Below are positions 45,163 to 56,669 of a DNA stretch of 64,000 nt, one piece after another; position 1 is the first letter of the stretch; each line of letters opens with the position of its first letter. A program made the translations under genes and the position numbers. Below the pieces are notes generated by a model that saw only the letters and a program-made list of their open reading frames with translations, was not told the origin of the DNA and did not search any database. This DNA is from Eledone cirrhosa (taxonomy: Eukaryota), in contig OZ024754.1 of the NCBI GenBank assembly GCA_964016885.1, positions 22,320,001-22,384,000 on the forward strand, given 5' to 3'.

Positions 45163-46371
45163 TTAAAGAATACCTTCTCTCACCTCACAGGTAGGTTTTC
45201 TTTCTTCTCCCATAACCTACATGGAAGGTGTTTGTGTATACTCTTGACAAGATATTTATTTTAGAAATTACATATTTTAATAAAACTAATAGCATTAATA
45301 CTTTTTTCTACACACGCGCATCTTTTGAGTTCTCATTTTATAAATATAATATAGTAATAATAATAAATACAAAGATCTCTGAGGGGGGGGTAGCAAGAAA
45401 AATAGAAATAAATTGAAAATGGAACATGAAGTGGAAAATAAAAGTTATAAAAAAAGATTAAAAAGAGAGCGCGGGGATGGCGGAAGGTGAGGTGTGTACG
45501 TGTGTGTGAGAGTCTGGGGGAGAGCGGGTGTACGTGATTGTGAGTTTTGAAAAACCATTGTGTGTGTTGGAGTGGCCGGAAAAGGGTTGGATGAGGTGAG
45601 GGGAGATTGTGTGGGATCCGGAGGCGGTGTTTGTGGTTAAGAGAGGATGATGTGGGTTCGTGTGAAACGTATAGTTACATGTGTGCGAAAATGGTGCAAG
45701 TGTCAATGGATGTCGATGTGGATGGTACAGTTCCGAAGGTATATAAATGGGAACAAAGAATCAGTGTTGCATCATATACATATTTAATTACATATGTTTC
45801 ACTGCTGATCAGCTCAAGGAACGATCGATTAATGTTCGATACTGACTCTGGAATTGAGAGCTTCTCAGATACGTGTTCTCACATATAAACATGCTACCTA
45901 TATATACAACAGTATATATGGAGAAAAATACAGAGGTATATGTTAAATCATAGGGGATAGGGAACTTCCAGAGTGAAGAACATATTGTCTACGAAAGAAA
46001 AGAATACAGATCAATTAAAAAAATAAATTAAAATGTTCAAACCATCTAATAACTATTTAACCTCGACATGCTCTAACAATAAAATCTTTCACCAGAAAGT
46101 GTAGAATCCATATTGTAGAGGGCTCATAGGAGGTGGACCACAATAAGGCCTACACTTCTCAAAATATATTAGGTAACTAATATGCACATGGTGAAAAGAA
46201 AAACCGTCTGCTATGCAGCCCATGGCGGTGTGAATGGACCAAAAGACTGCTAAAAACAGCAGCTCAGAACCATTCAACTTAAGCTCTACTTACATATAGA
46301 AATGAATTAGGAACCAATATATCAAATTAAAAAATGAAGTTAAAGACTCACATTAATCCCCTATAATTTAA

Positions 46372-46908
46372 TGATAATGAAATTATTGTGTAAAGTGCTC
46401 AGGTGCACTACAACTCGTCAAAGGTGCAGGTATAGTACATAGAATAATACACAAATGTCAGGGAAGTGAATAGTGTATGAGTCGTGATATACATGTGTGT
46501 ATGGAGGGGGAACATTAGGTGTAGTGTTGGCGAATCTCGGGAAGCATAGAGGCCTTAAAGGATGCAGTGTCTCGACAGCTAACAACCAATGCAAGTAGTT
46601 TGTTCCATGCTTCAGCAACTCTAAGCGTGAAAAAATGTTTCCGAAAGTCATGGGATCTGTACTGTTTTCTGACTTTGTGAGCATGCCCATGTGTGTTAGA
46701 CACATGGAAATCAAAAAGGTACTCAGGGTTGTTGTTGGCAAGATGGTTAACAATTTTGTGGGTGTTTTCCAAGTCAGTTGCCAGGCGTTGGAGCTTCAAT
46801 GTATCCATGCCCAGGGAAGCAAGGCGCTCAGAGTATGGTAGATGCCTGATGGAGGGTATTCGCTTGGTTGCACATCTCTGAACAGTTTCCAGGCAGTCAA
46901 TGTTCTGA
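46372..46908 (-). mobile_element. CR1-clade LINE 3' fragment
   Basis: LETVQRCATKRIP...RKHFFTLRVAEAWNKL; matches 59037-59572. Confidence 0.88.
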
Positions 46909-46970
46909 ATTAATGAGCTCATTAAATTATAAGCGATTAACACAAGTCTTTAACTCCCATTTTTTTAATT

Positions 46971-47010
<40 letters not shown>

Positions 47011-47100
47011 AAACCCAGAGACGAAATATTTATTAGCACAGATTTTTGTTTAAGCAAACAATTTCTGCTTTCAAAATAGGTTGATAAATTGATTCTCTTA

Positions 47101-47178
47101 CACATAGCTATGATGTTCCAGTAGAGCATGTTTTTGCTTAACTAACATATGCTTTGCTGAAACATTGTAGCGATGTGA
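47101..47178 (+). ncRNA. Degenerate hammerhead-like motif in a small element between TA runs
   Basis: cacatagc-tATGATGT-[agtagagcat...atgctttgct]-GAAAC-ATT-GTA-gcgatgtg; stems I and II pair, CUGAUGA is mutated. Confidence 0.45.
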
Positions 47179-48347
47179 ATAACTCGACTTATCATAGCTA
47201 TTGAATTCTTCCCCTTTGTGCGTTACTAAGAAAACTAGATTGGATCCCTCTATATATATAAAAGATAGATAGGATCCCCTCAGTCACTGACCATAGGTTT
47301 GTGCTTGGAAAGTTCCTCTCCAAGCTACAAGGTGTCAAAAGCTCATGATTGTGAATCCAACACCCTAACCACAAAGCCACAGATTTTAAATGATAAAAAA
47401 GTAAATTATATTAAGGCAAGATTATTTCTGTTAAAAATATTAAATTTCCTTAATAATTATTGTTATTAAAGTGTTAGTGTATCATTTAATGTTTTAAATT
47501 ATTAACATTGAATGTTTTTGTAAATCTGTAACTACTTAAAAAAAACTGTCCACCCTCACAATGTCTCTTCTGGTCACCAAACAAAAGTTCAGCAAAGTCT
47601 ATCAGGATTAGTCTCCCTTGAGTACTAGCAATACACTCATTGCCACCATTTCAAACCTGGAGTGGGGGTAAAATAACAAACAATAATGATTTCTACTATA
47701 GGCACAAGGCCAGCAATTTGGGGGGAGAGGAAAGTTGATTAAATTGACCCCAATGCATAAATGGTACTTTATTTTATCGACCCTGTAAGGACAAATGGCA
47801 AAGCTAACCTCAGCGAGATTAATAACAATTGTTAGCAGTTCATTGGTGGAGAGGGAATTAATGGCATGGAAACAAGTGAAATGAGATTTACAGCTTACAT
47901 CTATGTAGTTTTAGATAGTCTTCTATGAGATTGCTTTTCATAGATTTCTCATGTATTTTAACAGGCCCTTGTTAAAAGTAATGTGAAAGCATCTTGCTCG
48001 AAAATCTGTGCCACCCCATCTTGGAATTGAACTGATGATCTTATGATTGCGAGTACAACACCCTAACTACTAGGTCACATGCTTTCATGGTAAGAATGAA
48101 TCCCTTGAATGTGATGAGGCAGCCACAGAAACAATACAAAGACCAACTTATTCACCCACTGGTGACACTTCTTCCTTTCAGAAACAGAACTTTAGAGCTG
48201 CTATCATTAACGTCTGCATGATGAAAGGTAGGTCTGGATAAACTGGAGATGTTACAACAGAAATGAATGTTGTGTGGAAGGGGTACAAAGGCAAAGAACA
48301 AGTATACATACCTCTGACGGTAATTGAGTTAGTCATAGAATGATTAA

Positions 48348-48542
48348 CCTTTTAGCATTTAAACCAGCTGTATCTAGCCAGAATTCTTTCACCTCTTTCT
48401 GTTCAAACCAGCTGTAACTGGACACTCATACTGACGTTCAGATATTGTTCTCAAAATAAATATCAAAATCTCATAGATTCGATGTGTGAGAAAAAGCCTT
48501 TCCCATGAAAATATAATAGTATATATAGAGTAATATAAAGGG
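48348..48542. mobile_element. piggyBac-like MITE
   Basis: TTAA|ccttttagcatt...aatataaaggg|TTAA; related to 45019-45162. Confidence 0.6.
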
Positions 48543-49304
48543 TTAAACTAGTTCTGAACAATATTACAACAGCATATGGACCAGCACTAAAATTGAGAGG
48601 GTATCTGAAAAGTTGCATTCCTACAAAAGGCCACTTCATTGAACATTACACATCTCCATAGGAAATTGCTGTCTGTCTAGAGATTCAACAGATAGCAGAC
48701 AACCATTATATCTACTGGGCAAATCATTTTACATCAATATTTCTCATGTTTGTATGGAGTAGACGGGCCAACTGTGTTGCACTTATATGTTCCATTTTGG
48801 AATGGTTTCTATAGTTGGATGCCATTAATACCGACCATTTCATGGCATTACCACGTGTGTGTTTCAATACTGCCACTAAGATCTGATGGTGATTTTTATC
48901 ATAGTAGCAGCACTACCACTTGCCCTGAAGGTACAAGACTGGCGCCTACAGCCACTGCACGGAACAGGACAATTCTTCGCAGGCAAAGAATTTGCCATTC
49001 ATTCATTCTGGGATGTGAATCTGAGGAAAGTAGGGGAGATCAAATATGTAAGGGGAAGGCTATGTCGAGGGGGTGTAAATTTCATTACATTTTTCTGCCT
49101 TTCACTATCATCGTCTCCATACTCATTTCATCCTGCTTCTATAGGAATGGGAGTCTTCTGTAGTACAGCATATCAACAGTTGACTTGATCCTGTCAACCT
49201 TCACCACATCGACCCATGTTTTCCTAGGTCTTCCTCTTCCACAGACTCCCTCAACTTTCAGTATTCTGCACTTCTTTATGCAGCTCTTATCCTTCATATA
49301 AATC

Positions 49305-49822
49305 ATATACAGTCACCTCTCCAATACACTACAACCGTATATATATATAACGATATCAATACAGTCACCTCTCCAATACTCTACAACCCTATATATATAT
49401 ATATGACCATATCAATACAGTCACCTCTCCAATACTCTACAACCATATATATATATATGACCATATCAATACAGTCACCTCTCCAATCATATATATATAT
49501 ATATGACCATATCAATACACTACAACCATATATATATCATAACCATATCAATAGTCACCTCTCCAATACTCTACAACCATATATATATATATAACCATAT
49601 CAATACAGTCACCTCTCCAATACTCTACAACCATATATATATATGACCATATCAATACAGTCACCTCTCCAATACTCTATGACCATATCAATACAGTCAC
49701 CTCTCCAATACTCTACAACCATATATATATATATAACCACCTCTCCAATACTCTGCAACCACATATATATATATATATAGGGCCATATTGATAGTCACCT
49801 CACCAGCACACTACAACCGTAT
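49305..49822. repeat. Minisatellite (~55-60 bp unit with variable TA tract) amplified at the end of an RTE fragment
   Basis: accatatcaatacagtcacctctccaatactctacaacc(at)n repeated about 9-10 times; preceded by an RTE 3' remnant at 49105-49330. Confidence 0.88.
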
Positions 49823-50429
49823 ATGGTAGTCCACTACCTGTCTCTTGGAGATGTTTAATGGAGTCTGCCATATTATAAGCATTTGGCCCAGCTCTCCAGC
49901 CTAACAAACTGTGGGCTTTTCTCTTCTCCACACCAGTTTTGGTGACCCTGCAAAAGGTTTTGGGCAATGCCCTTTCCTCCCTCTACCTAAACCTTGCAAA
50001 CATTTCTTTAAACAGGTGATGTCATTTTAACCAATACTAATTCTGTCAACCTTCAAGTTCAGTGATTTCAGGAGGAGGGGAAAGTCAATTACATCAAACT
50101 CCCAGAGGAATGAAACACAAGATTGAATTTGGCGAGATTTAAAACCAGAGTGTAGAGAACCAGAACAAATTCCTAAGAGAAATTTTATCTGGCACTCTAA
50201 CAATTCTGTCAATCCACTGCCACCCCTAAAACTAGTAATAAATAATAAATTAACAATTGTCTTACTTTAGTTTTAATATCAGAAAAGATATCTAGAAACA
50301 AACAAATTGATGGTATTTGAATAAAGTTCCAATGTGTATCTATGTATGTGCATGTGTGTGTGTATATATATATTATATTAAGAAAGAGATTAGTTTGTGG
50401 AATGAGTGTAAATGAATTGAAATCTTTGC

Positions 50430-50491
50430 TTATAGCTCTTCTTTTTTGTCAATTTTAATGAGTTCCACCTCAAATATTAATACAGCATCAC
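50430..50491 (-). CDS. FKBP2: FKBP2 (ER peptidyl-prolyl isomerase) last coding exon
   Basis: ttctag|GT GAT...; GDAVLIFEVELIKIDKKEEL*, ER-retention-type KEEL. Confidence 0.95.
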
Positions 50492-50680
50492 CTAGAAAGA
50501 TAACATAAAACAACAAAACATTAGATTCAAATATAAGTATCCTTGTTGTTTATTAATAGTGAAGATGTGTGTGCTTAAGTGGTTATGGCGTTCGGCTTAT
50601 GATAGTAAAGTTGTGAGCAATTCTTGGACTTGGGTGATGTGTTCTTGAGCAAGAAAACACTTCATTTATTAATAGTAAAG

Positions 50681-50795
50681 GTGTGTGGTTAAGTGGTTAT
50701 GGTGTTCGGCTTATGATAGTAAAGTTGTGAGTTCAAGAGTCAAACTTACAACTTTACTATGATAAGCCGAAAACCATAACCACTTAACCACACAC
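50681..50795. repeat. 53-bp near-perfect inverted repeat of a SINE head, ~9-nt loop
   Basis: gtgtgtggttaagtggttatggtgttcggcttatgatagtaaagttgtgagtt / aacttacaactttactatgataagccgaaaaccataaccacttaaccacacac. Confidence 0.9.
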
Positions 50796-51127
50796 TTCCT
50801 GCTAGCAAGGGTTGGACAGGTCTATATAGACTAAATCCATACTGAGACAGAGCCATTGATCTCCAAAGCAAGCCAGGGATCTGTGTCTCGCTTATAACTA
50901 GCAGTTGTATCAAGCCTGGTCCATGTTTATTAATAAATATGTTGTGCAGTGTAGCATTCCAATGAATGTTAGTGGTGTATAAAACATGCTTAAAACAAAG
51001 TATGGGTTGGCTTCTGGCCATAGAAAGCCTGCTTCAAAAAGATCATCCAACCTATGCAAACATGGAAAAAGCAGATTTTTTTTAAAATGATGTTGTGGTG
51101 GTCATGATGATAAAACAATAGGTATAC

Positions 51128-51210
51128 CTGGAATTTTAGGAGGTGCTCCTCGTGAACCATAGCCCATATCTGGAGGTATTACCAGTTTTCTTTTCTCTAG
51201 TTCACACATT
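51128..51210 (-). CDS. FKBP2: FKBP2 coding exon 3
   Basis: ttttcag|A ATG TGT...; [28 protein letters not shown]|gtatac; 83 nt. Confidence 0.95.
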
Positions 51211-51737
51211 CTGAAAATATTTCAATACATTAAACAAATATATTCTGATATAGTTTGATGCAATTCTTCTTAAGATTGGATGCCTCTAAAAGGATATTAC
51301 AATAATCATATTATATTTGGTGGTGCCCAAGCATGGCACCAAGACAACATATAAATATAAGAAATATATAGTTGTACTAAATTGATACAGAAAGCAAGAC
51401 ACTTTATTTCCCATCACTCCAGTTCACTGTCTCCTTGAGCAAGATACTTTATTTAACATTGCACCAGTCCACTGTATCCTTGAACAAGACACTTTATTTC
51501 ACATGGCTCCAGTCCACTGTATCCTTGAGCAATACACTTTATTACACAATCTAATCACCTAGCAAAAGTGAATACCTGTAATTCAAAGGAGACAACCTAG
51601 TCACACATGCTGAATCTCCCTGACAACTATATTTATTAAGGGTACATTGCCTGTTGAATGTTAATCTCAAGGGCAAACTGTTTCAGTGTTTGAAATACAG
51701 TAACAAAAGAGTTAAAACTAAAAATGTAATTGCTCAC

Positions 51738-51850
51738 CCAAGAAGGCCTTGGTCCCAGCCTTTTATCACTTGCCCAGCACCCAATGTGAATACAAATGGT
51801 TCATTTCTTGAATAGCTACTATCAAATTCACTTCCATCTTCAAGCTTGCC
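51738..51850 (-). CDS. FKBP2: FKBP2 coding exon 2
   Basis: ttgtag|[39 protein letters not shown]|gtgagc; 113 nt. Confidence 0.96.
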
Positions 51851-52008
51851 CTACAATTTATATGAAATGAATAAAAAATGAATAAACATCAATATAATCC
51901 TTGAAATATTCATGAACATAAAAAAAACCCAAAACACCAGAAATACAGTTTTTATTTATCAAATAAATACTGGACAAATATAACAAACATTACTAATATC
52001 TTACTGGG

Positions 52009-52443
52009 ACGGTGAATTGGCAGTATCGGTAGAGGGTCGGACATGCTTTCTAGCATAGTTACGTCCCTTTATAATCTGATTTCAAATCCCACCGAGGTTA
52101 ACTTTGCCTTTCATCCTTACGGGGCCAATAAAATAAAGTACCAGTAATGTGCTGGGTAATTGCTGGCCTTGTGCCAAAAGTAGAAACAATTATTAATATC
52201 TTACTATGACAAACATTATTAATGTCTTTCTTACACTATGACAAACATTATTAATGGTGGATTGGCAGTATCGGTAGAGGGTCGGACGCCATGCTTTCCA
52301 GCATAGTTACGTCCCTTTACGATCTGAGTTCAAATCCCGCCGAAGTTGACTTTACCTTTCATCCTTACGGGGTCGATAAAATAAAGTACCAGTAATGCTC
52401 TGAGTAATTGCTGGCCTTGTGCCTAAAGTAGAAACAATTATTA
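52009..52443 (+). mobile_element. Two tandem Meta-core SINE copies (52009-52194, 52256-52443) in an FKBP2 intron
   Basis: A/B boxes and Meta core in both copies. Confidence 0.88.
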
Positions 52444-52507
52444 ATGTCTTACACTATGAGAAACATTATTAATATCTTACAACAAACACTATTAATATCT
52501 TACTTAC

Positions 52508-52687
52508 ACTATAATGCATTTTTAAGACATCTCCTTTCTTTGATTTCACTTTACATTTTTCTGGATCAACTCTCTTTTTGATTCCTATTTGTAATTTTTT
52601 CACTTTCTTCTCATCTTTCTTGTCTGCAGCTTCAACAAGGCAGCAGATGGCAAACAAACATACACAGATCGAAATAAGCCCCTTCAT
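52508..52687 (-). CDS. FKBP2: FKBP2 coding exon 1 (signal peptide and start of the FKBP domain)
   Basis: [20 protein letters not shown]...[11 protein letters not shown]...GDVLKMHYS|gtaagt; acceptor tctag|at lies 2 nt before the ATG; spliced CDS 438 nt, 145 aa. Confidence 0.96.
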
Positions 52688-53598
52688 ATCTAGATTGGGA
52701 GAGAAAAGATCAAATGAAAAACATGTTGCTGTGAGCTAAAACATTCTAGAAAATCTATGAAAACCATGTAGCAGTGAATTACAACCTTTTACAAACCAAA
52801 TACAATACAAAATATAATAAAGAAGCAGGAACTAGCATGTTAAGACCATTTTCCCTGAACTGTATTCATAAGACTAATTTGCTAGAGACCTGTTATACCA
52901 GGAGGCAATATATCAAAAATTAACGAGAACCTTGAATATAGATACCTTGCAATAATGATTAATCTCCTTTGTATATATTCCATTGAAGAAATATATTTCA
53001 CCATTAATCGGTGAATCACAGATGTCATATCTTGGATCGTCAGCAAAGGAGAAGATTTAACTATCTGTGATTACACACTAAAAGCAAATCAGGAAATAAC
53101 GACGAAAAGCACATGTGGTTTTCCGTCGCCAGTAGCGTGAATAGGGTTATCGACAGCTAGAAATAGCAGCCGACTCCTTTCAACAGAAAAAGCTCTACTA
53201 ACAGAATATTTAGAAGCAAGAAACGAACAAACAAGAGGATGCAATAACATGAAGTGTATTAGTTTCACGCTTGGAGGAAGAAGAATGAGATAAATAGATT
53301 CGTCAACGGATTCGGCATTTGCCCTTCATCAGGAAAAACACAAAAGGAAAATTGCGAAGATATATATATATATGAGAGAGAGGAGAGAGAGATGTATCAT
53401 TGACAACAAATCTCGAAATAAGAAAATGGAAGTATCTCGTCCTATTCAAAGGATTTATTGCCTACATACGGGTTGGGGTTAGGGTTTCCTCGTCATGTGA
53501 GCCGAGTATGCGAAATAAAACCGGTGAATCAGACGATATTTTCATTTTCTTCATTCGAGATCTATTGTAAATGCGAGTATGTGTGTGTGTGTGTGTAT

Positions 53599-53648
<50 letters not shown>

Positions 53649-53660
<12 letters not shown>

Positions 53661-53856
53661 ATAGCTTTCACCGTATTTTTAACTAAAGGAATTTTAGCTT
53701 GATAACGGGGTTTAGAACCCTCAGATGAATGAAAAAAGATGAGTATTGACGTACGTCAATACTCATCTTTTTTCATTCATCTGAGGGTTCTAAACCCCGT
53801 TATCAAGCTAAAATTCCTTTAGTTAAAAATACGGTGAAAGCTATATATTTTCTAAT
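53649..53856. repeat. Perfect 208-bp palindrome with no spacer
   Basis: Arms of 104 bp around ...attgacgt|acgtcaat...; abuts (TA)n. Confidence 0.95.
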
Positions 53857-54179
53857 TTCAAACTCGCTCACTGTTTCAAAACATACTTACTTGCCATATA
53901 TATATATATATATAAATGAAAGGTATAGAAATTGTTGTAACGAGATGTGTGTGTGTGTGTGCTTATATATACATATATGTGCTTATATACACATATATAC
54001 AAGCACACATGCGGAGATTAACACTAATCCTAACGTTACACACAACGAATCCGCTGAATCAGATGAGATATCTTCGTTTTTTATTTTATTTTAACAACTA
54101 TATAGTGAATAATTGTTAATTTAATCTATTTTAGCTAGAAATTCGGTTTCTTACACTGACTCAAAATATGATATTTATG

Positions 54180-54740
54180 GAAGGCTGGGACGAGCCACAG
54201 CTTCCACAGCCGAGCGGAGTAAGACCCTCAAATACAGTGATCTGTCGGCCAACGGCATTTTCCAGCCTGTGGTTTTCGAGACGTTTGGGGGAGTCGGGCC
54301 GCTGACTGCGAGGTTACTATCTTCACTAGCAGCTCGCCTAATAGAGGTAACTGGCGAATCTCGCGAGGGCGCTTGGTTGTTCCAGCACCTCAGCCTCGCC
54401 ATCACTGCCAGTGTGCTGGCTTGCCTCAAAAATCATTAGAGAGGTCGCCCAGTACTCCTCGCTACTGTCTTTTGCTCTGGTGGTGGCTCGGTTGTTCACC
54501 CCTTCCTTTATATTTTCTTTAATATTGCAACATTAAAGGAATATATCCTTCTGAAAGAATCACGAGCAATTTATAATGTTATTTAAGCGTTTCTAATGTT
54601 ATCCATGTATATATTTAAAACATATTTGTTATGTTATTCTATTGTAAATTTATTTATATGCTTTGTATATTAATTATATTTACATTCTGTAAAGAATTAT
54701 AAACAATTTGTAATGTTATTTATACAACTGTGAATAAAAT
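54180..54740 (+). mobile_element. CRE-clade 3' fragment
   Basis: TAERSKTLKYSDL...FQPVVFETFGGVGP...AWLFQHLSLAI; 3' UTR similar to 19290-19400. Confidence 0.75.
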
Positions 54741-54933
54741 ACATACATATACACTCACATACAAATATATAAAGTCACGTATATACAAACGTACACATAC
54801 ATATATACGTACACACACACATATATATATATATATTCAAAATATTAATAAAGGAAAAATATTCTCATAATTAAAATATATATTTTATTATACATATTTC
54901 AAAGGTACTATGGTGTTTAAGTACGTTCCTGGG

Positions 54934-55011
<78 letters not shown>

Positions 55012-55297
55012 CTAGGTATATATATTATATACATAGATACACACACTCGCGTACATACATACATTCATGTATACATCATCATCACCGTTTTACGTCCATT
55101 TTCCACACTATATATATATATTATATACATATACACACAAATCGAACAGTTTAACTAGATGCTAACATTAATGGCTGGACACCGGGTGAAGAAGCAACAT
55201 TTTAGGAATCCCATGTATCGTCTTTCAAGTTTCATTAAAGATTAAAGAGGACATTTTTTTTAAATCTATGAATCATCAAATAGAAGTGAATAATTAC

Positions 55298-55385
55298 CTA
55301 ACGAATGATTGCTGGGTCGACAAATATGATTTGCTTTGAAAATCCCAGGGAAAGAAAAAAAAACGGGAAATGCCTTCGCCGGTTG
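55298..55385 (-). other. FKBP2: Probable FKBP2 non-coding first exon (start approximate)
   Basis: Donor ttag|gtaatt at 55298/55297, just downstream of a CpG-rich promoter-like patch; the coding exon has an acceptor immediately before the ATG, so an upstream exon is expected. Confidence 0.55.
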
Positions 55386-55419
55386 ACAGAAAAAAATGAA
55401 AACAAGAAAACAGCAATGT

Positions 55420-55515
55420 ACTTGGGTGGGCGTGGGACGAGACGCACATGTGACAGGTCGATCGTCCAATCAGCGGTAGGAACGTCACAGCGATTCTGTT
55501 GTAACTGACGTGCCT
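55420..55515 (-). promoter_or_regulatory. Probable FKBP2 promoter with ERSE-like and UPRE-like motifs
   Basis: CCAAT-N9-GAACG (55466-55484) overlapping ACGTCA, TGACGTG (55506-55512), GC-box-like gggtgggcgtggg (55424-55436), E-box cacatgtg; locally CpG-rich. Confidence 0.55.
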
Positions 55516-56669
55516 TCAACTGCTTGGCCGAGCTAATTAAGAATGTCAGGACTCGACGTATGATTATGTCTATTTACACCATGCACAGACCTTTAAATGC
55601 TGATAGAGTTGTAGTGACACCATGTTAGGCTTTTTAAAACCTGGTTGGGGCCTTCCTCTCTCTAGATCTAAACAGAGTAGATTTATTCCAGAGATATAGA
55701 GGAAGAATCGACCTTAGTACTGGGCTATATTAAACCCATGGCCTTGACCTTAGGCTTTCGAGTATCTCGGGTCCGAAGTTGCAATGACATTTTATTTGTC
55801 AACCTGAAGAGAATGAAAGGCAAAGTTGACTGCGACGGGATTTTAACTGAAAGCACCCAGAGCCGGCGTTCTAAACTGTTGCCTGTCATAGAATGTCTAA
55901 TAGTAAAACACAATAAGGGATCTCTTATGTGGTCGCTCGAGCCGTTAGAAATAACAGCCAAACTTTCTCTAATGTATTTATCTTAAAGAAAGAGGAAAAA
56001 CATATTGAAATATGTAATACTAGATATATCATTGAATGCAGGTTAAGCTACTATTTCTAGCAGGTTGAACCATGACGTAGATTTCATTGTGTCACAAATT
56101 TTAACCCGATTCGAGTGATGGTCGAATGGAAAGAACTTTGCTCACTTATTCCCAAAAGGGTAGTGGGGACAGTGTCCTCAAACACTCCTTCTAGCAGGTC
56201 CTTTCAGAAACAAGCATCTCCAACTGATCCGGCTGGATCCCCAAGCGTGTCTGGCCAAGCTCATGGATGTTAACCAACCATCTTGCTCGGGGTCTTACCC
56301 TGGGTCTCCTACTTGTTGGTTTTGCCCGTAAAATCTGTCCAGCAATTCTTTCCTGAGACATCTAACCACATGACCATAATATCGGAGCTGTGGTCTCTCA
56401 ATTTGCAGAATGCCTAAATAGTAAAACACAATAAAGGATCTCTTATGTCGTCACTTGACCCCGTTAGAAATAGCAGCCAAACTTTCTCTAACCTAATTAT
56501 CTTAAAGAAATAGGAAATACATATGATTGAAGGCAGATCCAGTTTCTATTTCTAGCAAATGGAACTATGACGTAGATGCCCTTTCGTTGGGTTACAAATT
56601 TCAACTCGATTTGAATGATGGTCGAATGGAAAGAATGGTATATGTATGACCATGTTAACACTTCTACTT

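Noticed and set aside
49305-49822. Repeat-spacer pattern resembling CRISPR
   Set aside because: Spacers are only TA tracts and the repeat continues an RTE remnant
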